NCBI RefSeq assembly: GCF_009858245.1
Contig: NZ_VMSB01000001.1
Location: forward strand, 2,453,623-2,485,622
DNA from: Ornithinibacter aureus
Lineage (GTDB): Bacteria > Actinomycetota > Actinomycetes > Actinomycetales > Dermatophilaceae
DNA length: 32,000 nt
Reading direction: 5' to 3'
Part shown: positions 1 through 9,169 of the stretch, one piece after another
Numbering within the stretch: position 1 is the stretch's first letter
Layout: each line of letters begins with the position of its first letter
The notes under the pieces: model-generated
The model's input: the letters and a program-made list of their open reading frames with translations, nothing else
Told to the model about the DNA's origin: nothing
Databases searched by the model: none
Position numbers and translations under genes: made by a program

Positions 1-37
1 CGTCCGAGCGGGCGGCGTAGTGGAAGGCGAACGGCAT
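1..37 (-). CDS. PP2C-family Ser/Thr phosphatase (PstP-like), N-terminal 12 codons only; the gene runs off the window
   Basis: ATG at 35-37 (minus strand) gives MPFAFHYAARSD. The YAARSD motif is the conserved start of actinobacterial PstP, and the gene sits 3 nt after the fhaB stop, as in the conserved fhaA-fhaB-pstP cluster. Confidence 0.5.
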   Translation of the reverse strand, partial: MPFAFHYAARSD

Positions 38-40
38 CCG

Positions 41-620
41 TCACCTCTGCAGTTCGACGACGGTCTGGCCGATCCGCAGTACGCTGCCGACGGCGACCTC
101 GCGCGGCTCGGTCAGGCGGTTCGCACCGAGGAACGTGCCGTTGGTGGAGCGCAGGTCCTCGACCATCCACGTGCCGTCGTCGGCCTGGAAGATGCGGGCA
201 TGGCGGCCCGAGACGTAGTCGTCGTCGAGCACGAGGGCGCACTCGGGGCTGCGACCGATGAGGGTGCCGGCCGGGCGCAGCGGCAGGGTCGTGCCGGCGA
301 GCTGCCCGGCCGTCACCGTGAGCCTGGTCGGGCCCTTGCCGCCGCCACGACGGCCGAACCGACCGCCTCGAGCGGGGGCCTGAGCCGGGGCCGTGGCCAC
401 CGCGCCCCCGGCCGCGGGGCCGGCAGCCACTGCGACGGGTGCGGGCTTGGCCGGCTTGGCGGCCTTCGCGGCCCTGGCCTTGCCGGCGGAGCGCCGGCCG
501 ACGCGGGTGCCGTACAGGTCACCGCGCAGGACGCCGACGATGGCGAACACGAAGAACCACAGCAGCACGAGGAGCCCGAGCCGCATGAGGGTGATGGTCA
601 GCTCGCTCAGCACGCCGACG

Positions 621-637
<17 letters not shown>
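41..637 (-). CDS. fhaB: FHA domain-containing membrane protein (FhaB/FipA-like)
   Basis: N-terminal TM helix (LLVLLWFFVFAIVGVL) and C-terminal FHA motifs (GRSPECALVLDDDYVSGRHARI, STNGTF). GTG start at 637; an alternative GTG at 613 would remove the overlap with fhaA. Confidence 0.8.
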
Positions 638-1562
<925 letters not shown>

Positions 1563-1659
1563 GGAGCACCTCCTGCGCGGTGTGGGGGGACGGTCGATTT
1601 GTCAGCCTATCCGTCACGGCTGGGAGTTCTCCGACAGTGCGGCCCCGTACCGTGGACGG

Positions 1660-2634
1660 ATGAACGACGGCGTGCAGGTGATCGTGCCCCGCGAGGTGCC
1701 CCTCGGGGGGCTGCGGTCGATGACGGTGCGGCGCACGCTGCCCGCCAGGGAGCGCTCGTTCGTCGGCGCCTGGTGCTTCGTCGACCACTACGGGCCCGAT
1801 GACGTCGAGGTCACCGGGGGCATGGACGTCGCGCCACACCCGCACTGTGGTCTGGCGACGGTGTCGTGGCTGTTCACCGGCGAGGTCGAGCACCGCGACT
1901 CCCTCGGGACGGTCGCGACCGTCCGCCCGGGGGAGGTCAACCTCATGACGGCCGGGCGCGGCATCTCGCACTCGGAGGTGTCGACGGCGGCGACGTCGGT
2001 GCTGCACGGGGTGCAGCTGTGGCTGGTGCTGCCGGCGGAGTCGGCGGGGTGCGAGCCACGCTTCGAGCACCACGTGCCCGATGTGGTGGCGGTGGCGCCC
2101 GGGGTCGTGGTGTCGGTGTTCGTGGGGTCGCTGTTCGGGTCGTCGTCGCCGGTTGCGGTGGCGACGCCGCTGGTCGGGGCGGAGGTCGTGCTGGAGCCCG
2201 GTGCCGTCGTGGACGTGCCGGTGCCTGTTGGGTTCGAGCTGGGGGTGCTCGTCGACCGTGGCTCGGTGGTGTTCGCCGGGCAGGGCCTGGCGCGTGGCGA
2301 GCTCGGGGTGGTCGAGGCCGTGGGTGCGGATGCCGGTGGCGCGCCACGGCATCCGGGTTCCGTTGCGCTTCAGGCCGGTTCGGACGGCGCGCGGGTGCTC
2401 GTGCTGGGGGGTGAGCCGTTCGCCGAGGAGGTCGTCATGTGGTGGAACTTCATCGGGCGCTCGCACGAGGAGGTCGTGACGGCCCGCGAGGAGTGGGAGG
2501 CGTCTGGGGTGTCGGGGGCATCGATGGGCCGCTTCGGGTCGGTGCAGGGGTATGTCGGTGAGGTGTCGCGGATCCCGGCGCCGGGGCTGCCCGGGGTGCG
2601 GCTGAGAGCTCGGGGCAACCGCCGCCGGCCGTGA
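1660..2634 (+). CDS. Pirin family protein
   Basis: The in-frame ATG at 1660 within ORF 1390-2634 gives MNDGVQVIVPRE. Cupin/pirin motifs are HPHCGLATVSWLF and MTAGRGISHSE. The upstream part of the ORF overlaps the fhaA start and looks non-coding. Confidence 0.85.
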   Translation: MNDGVQVIVPREVPLGGLRSMTVRRTLPARERSFVGAWCFVDHYGPDDVEVTGGMDVAPHPHCGLATVSWLFTGEVEHRDSLGTVATVRPGEVNLMTAGRGISHSEVSTAATSVLHGVQLWLVLPAESAGCEPRFEHHVPDVVAVAPGVVVSVFVGSLFGSSSPVAVATPLVGAEVVLEPGAVVDVPVPVGFELGVLVDRGSVVFAGQGLARGELGVVEAVGADAGGAPRHPGSVALQAGSDGARVLVLGGEPFAEEVVMWWNFIGRSHEEVVTAREEWEASGVSGASMGRFGSVQGYVGEVSRIPAPGLPGVRLRARGNRRRP

Positions 2635-2701
2635 TCGGTGGGGCCGCTTTGGAGCATCGGCCCTTCATCGGGCACACTGTGTCTGCTCGCATGAGCACCA
2701 C

Positions 2702-2787
2702 GCGCAAGTGGCGGAACGGCAGACGCGCTGGCTTCAGGTGCCAGTGTCCGAAAGGGCGTGGGGGTTCAAATCCCCCCTTGCGCACCA
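2702..2787 (+). tRNA. tRNA-Leu (anticodon CAG), encoded CCA end
   Basis: Acceptor stem GCGCAAG/CTTGCGC. Anticodon stem CTGGC/GCCAG with loop TTCAGGT (anticodon CAG). Long variable arm. T arm GGGGG-TTCAAAT-CCCCC. Discriminator A followed by CCA. Confidence 0.9.
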
Positions 2788-2790
2788 CTG
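2783..2790. repeat. 8-bp direct repeat CACCACTG (copy 1), spanning the tRNA-Leu 3' end; possible attL core
   Basis: An identical octamer recurs at 13278-13285, immediately before an orphan terminator. Confidence 0.3.
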
Positions 2791-2826
2791 GGATGTTTCC
2801 GAATCTCGGAGGCATCTCTTCCCGAA

Positions 2827-2858
2827 AGTCCCCGGTCAGAGGTTTCTGGCCGGGGACT
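2827..2858 (+). terminator. Hairpin downstream of tRNA-Leu
   Basis: AGTCCCCGGTCAGA/TCTGGCCGGGGACT forms a 14-bp stem (one G-U pair) with loop GGTT, followed by the moderately T-rich TCGTCGTTCG. Confidence 0.45.
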
Positions 2859-3141
2859 TCGTCGTTCGTGGCCGTGGTGCGGGTGAAATGGACGCTGTCG
2901 GCTGCCGAGCCGCGGCCAACCTGGACAAGTCGGTGCCGGTGGCGTCAGTCGAGGCTCCCCTGGGCGCGGTCGAGGGCCGCGGGACCGGCCTTGGGCGATA
3001 GTGCAGCAGCTTGTTGCACAAACGGGTCGTAGAACCGGGCTGGTCGAGCTACTGACGAGTGACGGGGCTTCGAGATCTGCGGTCGGTTCGGTAGTAGTGG
3101 TCCAGCGGCCGGGTATCCGGCTCCTCGTTCAGTGCGAGCCG

Positions 3142-4687
3142 CTAAGGGTCGTCGAGTCCGCGGGTGGTGTGCCACCGGTACAGCCGGCGGATGTTCATGC
3201 CGAGTAGGGCAAAGGCGGTCAAGAGACCGGTGGCAGCGCGTCCGCGGCAGCGGATGTAGCCGCGGTTGAGGTTGACGTCCTGGTAGCGGGCGAGGCCGTT
3301 GAGGCCTTCGATTCGACTTCGCCGGTTCCAAACCTTGGCCCAGGCGGTGCTCTGCCACGGCAGTGCTTGGCGGTCGCGCTCATGAGTGGTGGCGGGAACA
3401 GTTACTGTGGCGCCACACCCACAGGGCGTTCCCTTTGGCACGCCGTCAGGGCTCGACGGGCTGGGTCGCCGCGCATGCTTTTGGGGATGTTGCGGCAGCG
3501 GACGCGTCCCGCGAGGGCCGGCCCTTTGAACCGTTGGGCGCCGGTCACCGGATCGGGTGCGTTGTGGGCGACGAATTCGTACTTGTGGCGGCGGTCGAAC
3601 TCGTCGCGAAGTCGATCCTTGACGGTGGCGGAGTCGCCGGGCCGCGGTGGTCGGAGTTCGCGAAGGTCAGTGGGGATCGCGGCGCTGTAGAGGCAGCCGT
3701 CGAGCCAGATCGTCCCGGGGACGGGGCCGGGGCGGACACCGCGTTGGGTCTCGTGGAGGTTCTTGGTGTTGCTGATGCCCAGGCTGCGCAGCGGTCGGGC
3801 CCAGCGTTCGGGCTTGGCGGTGGTGTAAGCGCGGTCGGCGAGGACCTCTGTGAGGTTGCCGAGGCGACGGATGATGGCCATGGCCGCGGCGTTGCGGTCC
3901 CGGACGCCGGGGCGTACCGCCAGGCCGGTGGCTAGCAGGGGCAGCTCTTGGTCCGCGCCCGACGGCAGCATGGTTGCGATGTGCGCCTCGTTGCCGACGT
4001 AGAACTCGGTGCGGCGCCGATCGGTCGGAGTCCGCTTGCCCAACGAGGCCTCGGTGTCGATGCAGTCCCACTTTTGGTCTGCTGGGGTCGCGGGTCCGGG
4101 CTGCCTTCTCCGGTAGTGCGACTCGATGTCGGTGCCGTCGATGGCGATAGCGGTCGGCAGTTTCGCCCTGTAGCCGTCCGGCAGGCTCGCCAGCAGAATG
4201 TCGGTGAGGATCTCGTCAAGGTCTGCGTCTATGTGGCTGCAGCTGGGCCGCACTCGATGACCTCGCCGGTCGCGGGGTCGGCTTCTGGATGGTCGTGTGG
4301 GAGGTGCACGCCGACGGAGGAGCGGCTGATAAGGGCTGACACGCCGCTGCGGATGCGCTTGTCGGTGACTGCCACCCCAGCGGGGATGCCGATGGTGAGT
4401 CGCTCGCTCGGCGACAAGTCGGCGGCGGTGCGGACGATCTGGGAGACGATCATCGAGGCGCCGGTGCGGATCGCGTGCAATGCGAGCAGGATCGCGATCG
4501 AGCGGAGCGGGATCATGCGGGGACGGCCGAGTCGTGGTGTGGCGTGATCGAGCAGGGTGCGCATCGTGGTGTTGTCGGCGCAGCCGACGGCACGGGCGAT
4601 TTGCTGTGCCCGGGTCAGCTCATTGGCGATCAGCACCCGGCTCGGCGCCGGGCCCGACCGCGTGCGGTTCTTGGTTCGCCGGCTCAT
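3142..4687 (-). pseudogene. DDE transposase (IS4-like YREK-type C-terminal motif), split over three reading frames
   Basis: ORFs 4229-4687, 3402-4253 and 3142-3441 overlap head-to-tail in different frames. Candidate catalytic residues are AIDGTD, VLADRAYT and WNRRSRIEGLNGLAR (W-x2-R-x3-E-x6-R). No slippery heptamer was seen at either junction. Confidence 0.65.
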
Positions 4688-5667
4688 CGCCTCGTCATCT
4701 GGGCGAACACGTCAGCCTCGGGGATGTCAGGCAGGTAGGGCATCAGGTGCCCGATGGTCTTCGTGGTGCTGAGGCCGGCGACCTTGGAGAGTTCGTTGAG
4801 GGGCACGTGGTTGCGCATGTGGTGCAGGAGCCAGGTGGCTCGTAAACGGTGCAGCTTGATCACGGGTGTGCCCGGTGGAAACTCGTCCTTGCCGAGAAGG
4901 TTGCTCAGCCGGGAGCGGTCCCATGCGGGCGCGACGTAGCCGAGCAACGTCGAGCCGGGATCCTCAGATTGGATCGTTCTGAGAGTGTCGTCGTAGGGCG
5001 GGAGGATCGGCACGACGCGAGCCCGGTCACCGAGAACGTTGAGGCAGAGCAGGCCGTGCTTGTCGAGAAGGTCGTCGGTGGTGACCGTCCACGACTCCTT
5101 GGGGAAGAGTCCGGCGCCGAGGCCCAACGCGAGGAGGGATTGCAGATGCCGTCGCTGCACCCGGGTCCGTTGTGATGCGGCGACCTCGAGCAGTCTGGCG
5201 ACTTCCTGGTCGGTGTAAGGAACGACGGCGTAGTTCAAGCCTCAATGGCTTGACGGCGGGCGGCCATGGCGCCCTGGTCGTGAGTTCACGTCCGTACTGG
5301 CGCAGGTAGGAGCGTCGGGTCGCCCGGGATGACTGAGCGAGGTGATGGCACCCCCCGGCGATGTAGCCCTCGACTGTATCGGGGTCGAAGATCAGCTCCA
5401 CATCAAGAGGGAGTCCCTGCGTCCGCGACCAGTGGATGACTGCGAGATGGTGCGCATCGACTCGATCGCTCGTTTGGGATTGGCGGGGTTCAGCTGCAAC
5501 GCGAGGACGACGGTGAACTCGGCGATCGGCTCCCACTGATCCGCTCGCAGCAGGTGGGGCACGTAGCGCCGAACGGCCCGCTCGGCGGCGGACGGGGACA
5601 CGTTGGTCGTATCGTGCTTGACTCGGGTGGTTCTGGAATCGGAAGATGGCCTGACGAAGCCCTCCAC
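4684..5667 (-). pseudogene. Tyrosine-recombinase-like (integrase family) gene, split over three reading frames
   Basis: Frames 5392-5667, 5027-5536 (middle portion) and 4684-5238 read through as one ~328-aa protein. The C-terminal piece has LHRLRATW (H-x-x-R box) and GHLMPYL (H...Y). The box I Arg position looks degenerate (GLFPKES). Its stop overlaps the transposase start (ATGA at 4684-4687). Confidence 0.55.
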
Positions 5668-5777
5668 ATGGGATGCGTTGTTTGGAGCAGCGGTGTTGCC
5701 CGCTGTGAAGGCGAATCGGTCGGGATGGCAGTCCCGGCCTTTGGCATGTTCGGCGTCTTCCGCCGACAGGGGTCAGG

Positions 5778-6167
5778 TCAAATGGCCTCCTCTCGCTCGG
5801 CGAGAGCGGCAGCCAGGAGGTCGGAGGCGATAGCGCTCACGGGGCGACCGTTCGCCGCGGCCAAGGCGAATACCTGGGCGGCGACCACGGCCGGCGTACG
5901 CACTTCAACGCGCACCAGCGCGTTCGGCGGCAGCCGACGAGGTGTTGAGGGTGGCCGGCCCGAGCGAGCAGGGGGAATCTGCACCCTGCTGTCGTCTTCC
6001 GTGCCCATCTGCCTCACCTCGTCCGAATCGATCACATCTGCCAAGTCGCTTCGGGGCGTTGGTAAGACGCTGATCTCATCGGGGTTCGGCTGGGAGGCCG
6101 ACTGATAGGGCAAGGCTACCCCGTAGCAGTCGGGCCTTCTGGAACTCGCTGCACGTCGGCGCGCCAC
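5778..6167 (-). CDS. Hypothetical protein with a possible ribbon-helix-helix-like C-terminus
   Basis: The C-terminal VRVEVRTPAVVAAQVFALAAANGRPVSAIASDLLAAALAEREE resembles a beta-strand plus two helices. An alternative ATG at 6008 is possible. Coding evidence is weak. Confidence 0.3.
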   Translation of the reverse strand: MARRRAASSRRPDCYGVALPYQSASQPNPDEISVLPTPRSDLADVIDSDEVRQMGTEDDSRVQIPPARSGRPPSTPRRLPPNALVRVEVRTPAVVAAQVFALAAANGRPVSAIASDLLAAALAEREEAI

Positions 6168-6644
6168 GCGCCATCAGCCCAATTGGGCAGCAACCTGCTG
6201 CCCAGTTGGGACCGGTCGCCGACGCGCCACAGACGCCAGAGCCGACACGTCCGTCGGTATCAAGTGCCACTCTGAGGCTGTGCACCAACGGGATCCTCGA
6301 AGCGTTGCTCGTCGTGGCGTCGCGATGCGGTGTTGCGCACAAGTGGCTGCCCCCACGCGAAGCGTGTGGCTGCTTCTCAACGTAGAGACCAAGGACTGGT
6401 AGGTCAGCACGGCACGCCACATGATGAAGTGCCCGGTTCCAAAGCAGCGCCAGCCAGTTCTGGGTGGGTCAACACGGAAACGTGGCACCTCCTTGACCGG
6501 AGTCAGGAGCGCTAGCCTGGCGTTGACCTCGCAGGCGTTGCCATTTCAGGCGTCAACCCTGCTGGCGGTGCCCCGGCCTCCGAGTGGTCGTGAGAGTCTG
6601 TCGTTCACTCAGGATCGAATGGAGACAGCTGTGAGAAGCTCGGC

Positions 6645-8117
6645 GTGACGCGGCGCAGCAAAGCGAAGCGGTGGCTTGGAAGGCCGGATGACCCCTCGCC
6701 CCTATCGCCGACAGACAGTGCAGCCCGCCGCATTACAGTGCCGCTCGTCCCCCCGGTCGCGGACCTAGACGAGCCGGATGAGACCACTGAAGTAGGTCAA
6801 CACTGGGTCACACAATCGGCGAAATGGAGCGTTCGACGGAGCCCCGAGTTTGGTCCGCTGGTGGTTCCGACAGGCAACTCTGATGGGCCGGTGCATCGTT
6901 GGTTCCACTTAAAAGAAGCCTTCAGTCGAGATTTGCTTCCCCAGCTGCTCCAGCTCTTGCCCGAGGCAAAGTCGCCTGACGGTGGATTAACCATTGTCGA
7001 CCCGTTCTCGGGTGTCGGGACCACGATGCTTTCGTCGGTGGAGTTGCTCCGCGACGGCCACCTGAGCTCGTTGCGGGGTTACGGGCTTGAGGTCAATCCC
7101 TTCTTGCAGTTCGTCAGCTCAGTCAAAGTGAGGTCAGCGCTCTCGGACACCGAGGCCGACGTCAACACGTTGCTGTCGCTGGTCAAGGTGGCGGGCGGAT
7201 TGGCGGTTTCAACCTCGGATTTTCCTAGCCTGTCGACTTTCCGAAATGAGCGGTACTTTCCCCCAACGCATCTTGAACAGCTGGTCAAGCTTCGTCGCGC
7301 CATCGACGTCATGGGTCTAGACGAAACGAACCGTGACTGGGCGAGGTTGGCACTCGCGATGACCGTCGAGCCCGCCAGCCGTCTTCGCCGCGACGGCCGA
7401 GCATTGCGATATGAAGCTCGCGAGCCGCTCGCGCCTATGCAAGTCTTCGAGCGTGCGGTCGGGCGCATCTCGCATGACGTTTCAACTTTCGGTGCGGTCA
7501 CCGGAGGCGATGTCGAAATCGTTCAAGGCTCGGCGGCGACCCCGGAGTGGCAGCTCGTCGGTCCAAGCTCTGCTGACCTCGTCGTGTTCAGCCCGCCGTA
7601 CCCGAACAACATCGACTACACAGAGGTCTACAAGACCGAGCTGTGGGCGTTGTCCTTCGTGACCGATGCCGACGAATTCAGAGAACAAAGGCAAGCGACG
7701 CTGCGGAGCCATCCAAGTGTCAAGTTCCGGCGTGAGGTGGCGTACTTGGAGGGTGACCGAGCGGCGGAAGTCGCAAGCGTTCTCGGTCCGGTAGTCAAGG
7801 CCATCCCAGCAACGTCTCGCTACGCAAAGCCGCTGGAGCGGATGATATGCGGCTACGCCGACGACATGCTTACGACTTTCGACGCCGCCTTCAAGAGTCT
7901 CCGGAAGGGGGGCTATTGCGTGTACGTCGTGGGCAACAGCGTGCACGGCACCGCTGAGGACCCGGTCATGATCGCATCTGACGTCATGCTGGGTCGGCTA
8001 GCGGAGTTGGCTGGGTTTGAGGTCGAAGTCGTGCTAGTTGCCCGTGATCTGCCGCGAAGGAGGACGGCCAGCAGGTTCGTTCGTGAGAGTGTCGTTGTGC
8101 TGCGCAAGCCGTTCTAG
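6645..8117 (+). CDS. DNA methyltransferase (N6-adenine or N4-cytosine class, SPPY catalytic motif)
   Basis: AdoMet motif I IVDPFSGVGTT (D119-T127, nt 6999-7025). LEVNPF motif. Catalytic motif IV FSPPYPNN (S316-Y319, nt 7590-7601). Downstream LRKGGYCVYVVGN. GTG start with no clear SD, so the start is uncertain. Confidence 0.85.
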   Translation: MTRRSKAKRWLGRPDDPSPLSPTDSAARRITVPLVPPVADLDEPDETTEVGQHWVTQSAKWSVRRSPEFGPLVVPTGNSDGPVHRWFHLKEAFSRDLLPQLLQLLPEAKSPDGGLTIVDPFSGVGTTMLSSVELLRDGHLSSLRGYGLEVNPFLQFVSSVKVRSALSDTEADVNTLLSLVKVAGGLAVSTSDFPSLSTFRNERYFPPTHLEQLVKLRRAIDVMGLDETNRDWARLALAMTVEPASRLRRDGRALRYEAREPLAPMQVFERAVGRISHDVSTFGAVTGGDVEIVQGSAATPEWQLVGPSSADLVVFSPPYPNNIDYTEVYKTELWALSFVTDADEFREQRQATLRSHPSVKFRREVAYLEGDRAAEVASVLGPVVKAIPATSRYAKPLERMICGYADDMLTTFDAAFKSLRKGGYCVYVVGNSVHGTAEDPVMIASDVMLGRLAELAGFEVEVVLVARDLPRRRTASRFVRESVVVLRKPF

Positions 8118-9169
8118 GCGCATGACGGCGCGAGAAAGCAACGGAACGGCTGGCCCATATCGGCGCGTCCGAGAATGTTGGTCGGGTACTCCGGGTCTCT
8201 CAATGCGTAGTAAAGCCCGTCTTCGGCTGTGATGCTCGCCTGTGTGGCTGACAGGTTCCGACGCCGCGCGTCGAAGACGAACAGGTAACCCATCACAGGA
8301 ACGTCAGAGCTGGTCGAATCCCGTAGGTCCAGGTACTCGGCGAGCTGTTTCAGGCCGGAGACGGCGCGCGCTTGGGTGTAGGACGTGCTGAACGCTGAAG
8401 CGTTCAGCGGACCTGAGTCGCCCAGCCACTTGATCTCGATAAGTGCAGAACGCTTGACACCCCACCATGTGACCTCGATGTCGACCGGCCTTGATTCACT
8501 TTGGTTGAGTTCCGGGCGGACAGTGGCGTCGCCGCCCAGCGCGTAGTTGAGCGCCTGGAGCAACGACCGGCGCATCAGCTTCTCGGGCTTTTCGACGAGC
8601 CCCAACCGCGATCCATCGCGCCACATGGTCTGAAGATGTCCACACTGCTCAGGCACTCGGTTCTGGCGGACATAGTGGGCGAGTGCCTCCTCCAGAGTCG
8701 CGAAGGTCGGCGTGGCCATCCCACAAGCCCAAGGACTGTCGTTCACTGGCCAAGGTGTGCCGTCAACCACGATCTCTTCCACTTGACCGTGTACGTAGCG
8801 ATAGGTGAGGTATGGGCCGTCGCACACCACGTCCAATGCGTCGTCGTCCCATGCCTTATGCGTGGTCGTCCCCACGATGACGACAGTGAGCTTGCTCATT
8901 GCCTTCCCGCCGAACTCGTCGAGTCGATGAAGGACCGAGCCGCCGTCAGCGTCGATCATGAGCTCGGGATCTATGGGCGCGAGCACGCGCAGCCCGTCAG
9001 TAAACATCTCGAACGGGACGTGCTTCAGCAACTCGCGCGTGGAGGCTAATAGGCGAATCAGCGCGTCAACGCCCGCTACGCCGAAACGTTGATGAACCGC
9101 CACCTCGTACTGGTTCTCATGCAACCTGGCGAAGGCTGCCACGAGCTCATCAGCGCCCTCCTCCGTCAC
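8114..9169 (-). CDS. PD-(D/E)xK nuclease-fold protein with an uncharacterised ~190-aa N-terminal domain; candidate effector
   Basis: The motif is PVD230-IEV...ALIE245-I-K247-W (nt 8429-8482), preceded by a helix (EKPEKLMRRSLLQAL) and followed by the strand GYLFVFD. The GTG start overlaps the upstream stop (GTGA at 9166-9169), with SD-like GAGGCGGA 6 nt upstream. Confidence 0.75.
   Translation of the reverse strand: MTEEGADELVAAFARLHENQYEVAVHQRFGVAGVDALIRLLASTRELLKHVPFEMFTDGLRVLAPIDPELMIDADGGSVLHRLDEFGGKAMSKLTVVIVGTTTHKAWDDDALDVVCDGPYLTYRYVHGQVEEIVVDGTPWPVNDSPWACGMATPTFATLEEALAHYVRQNRVPEQCGHLQTMWRDGSRLGLVEKPEKLMRRSLLQALNYALGGDATVRPELNQSESRPVDIEVTWWGVKRSALIEIKWLGDSGPLNASAFSTSYTQARAVSGLKQLAEYLDLRDSTSSDVPVMGYLFVFDARRRNLSATQASITAEDGLYYALRDPEYPTNILGRADMGQPFRCFLAPSCA

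Noticed and set aside
2822-2832. GAAAGTCC, reminiscent of the RNase P RNA conserved GAGGAAAGUCCGGGC box.
   Set aside because: Only 8 nt match and there is no surrounding RNase P structure. It forms part of the post-tRNA hairpin.
2631-3032. Plus-strand ORFs 2631-3032 and 2708-3001, and the minus-strand ORF 2450-2815, all overlapping the tRNA region.
   Set aside because: They run straight through the tRNA-Leu gene and its hairpin, and show no coding signature.
2859-3141. A possible gene remnant on the minus strand (…ARFYDPFVQQAAALSPK…) between the tRNA hairpin and the transposase end.
   Set aside because: It reads protein-like for ~30 codons only, with no recognisable family and no start. It could be a fragment of an eroded integrase or IS end, but this is unsupported.
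5554-6105. A 183-aa plus-strand ORF, and other ORFs in 5.5-6.6 kb (5603-5833, 6076-6420, 6174-6488, 6421-6648).
   Set aside because: They have no motifs, overlap one another, and sit in a compositionally mixed spacer. Only the minus-strand 5778-6167 has a weakly protein-like C-terminus.
6490-6560. TTGACC hexamers (~6494 and ~6523) as -35 elements for the methyltransferase promoter.
   Set aside because: No acceptable TANNNT -10 element lies at 16-19 bp spacing from either one.
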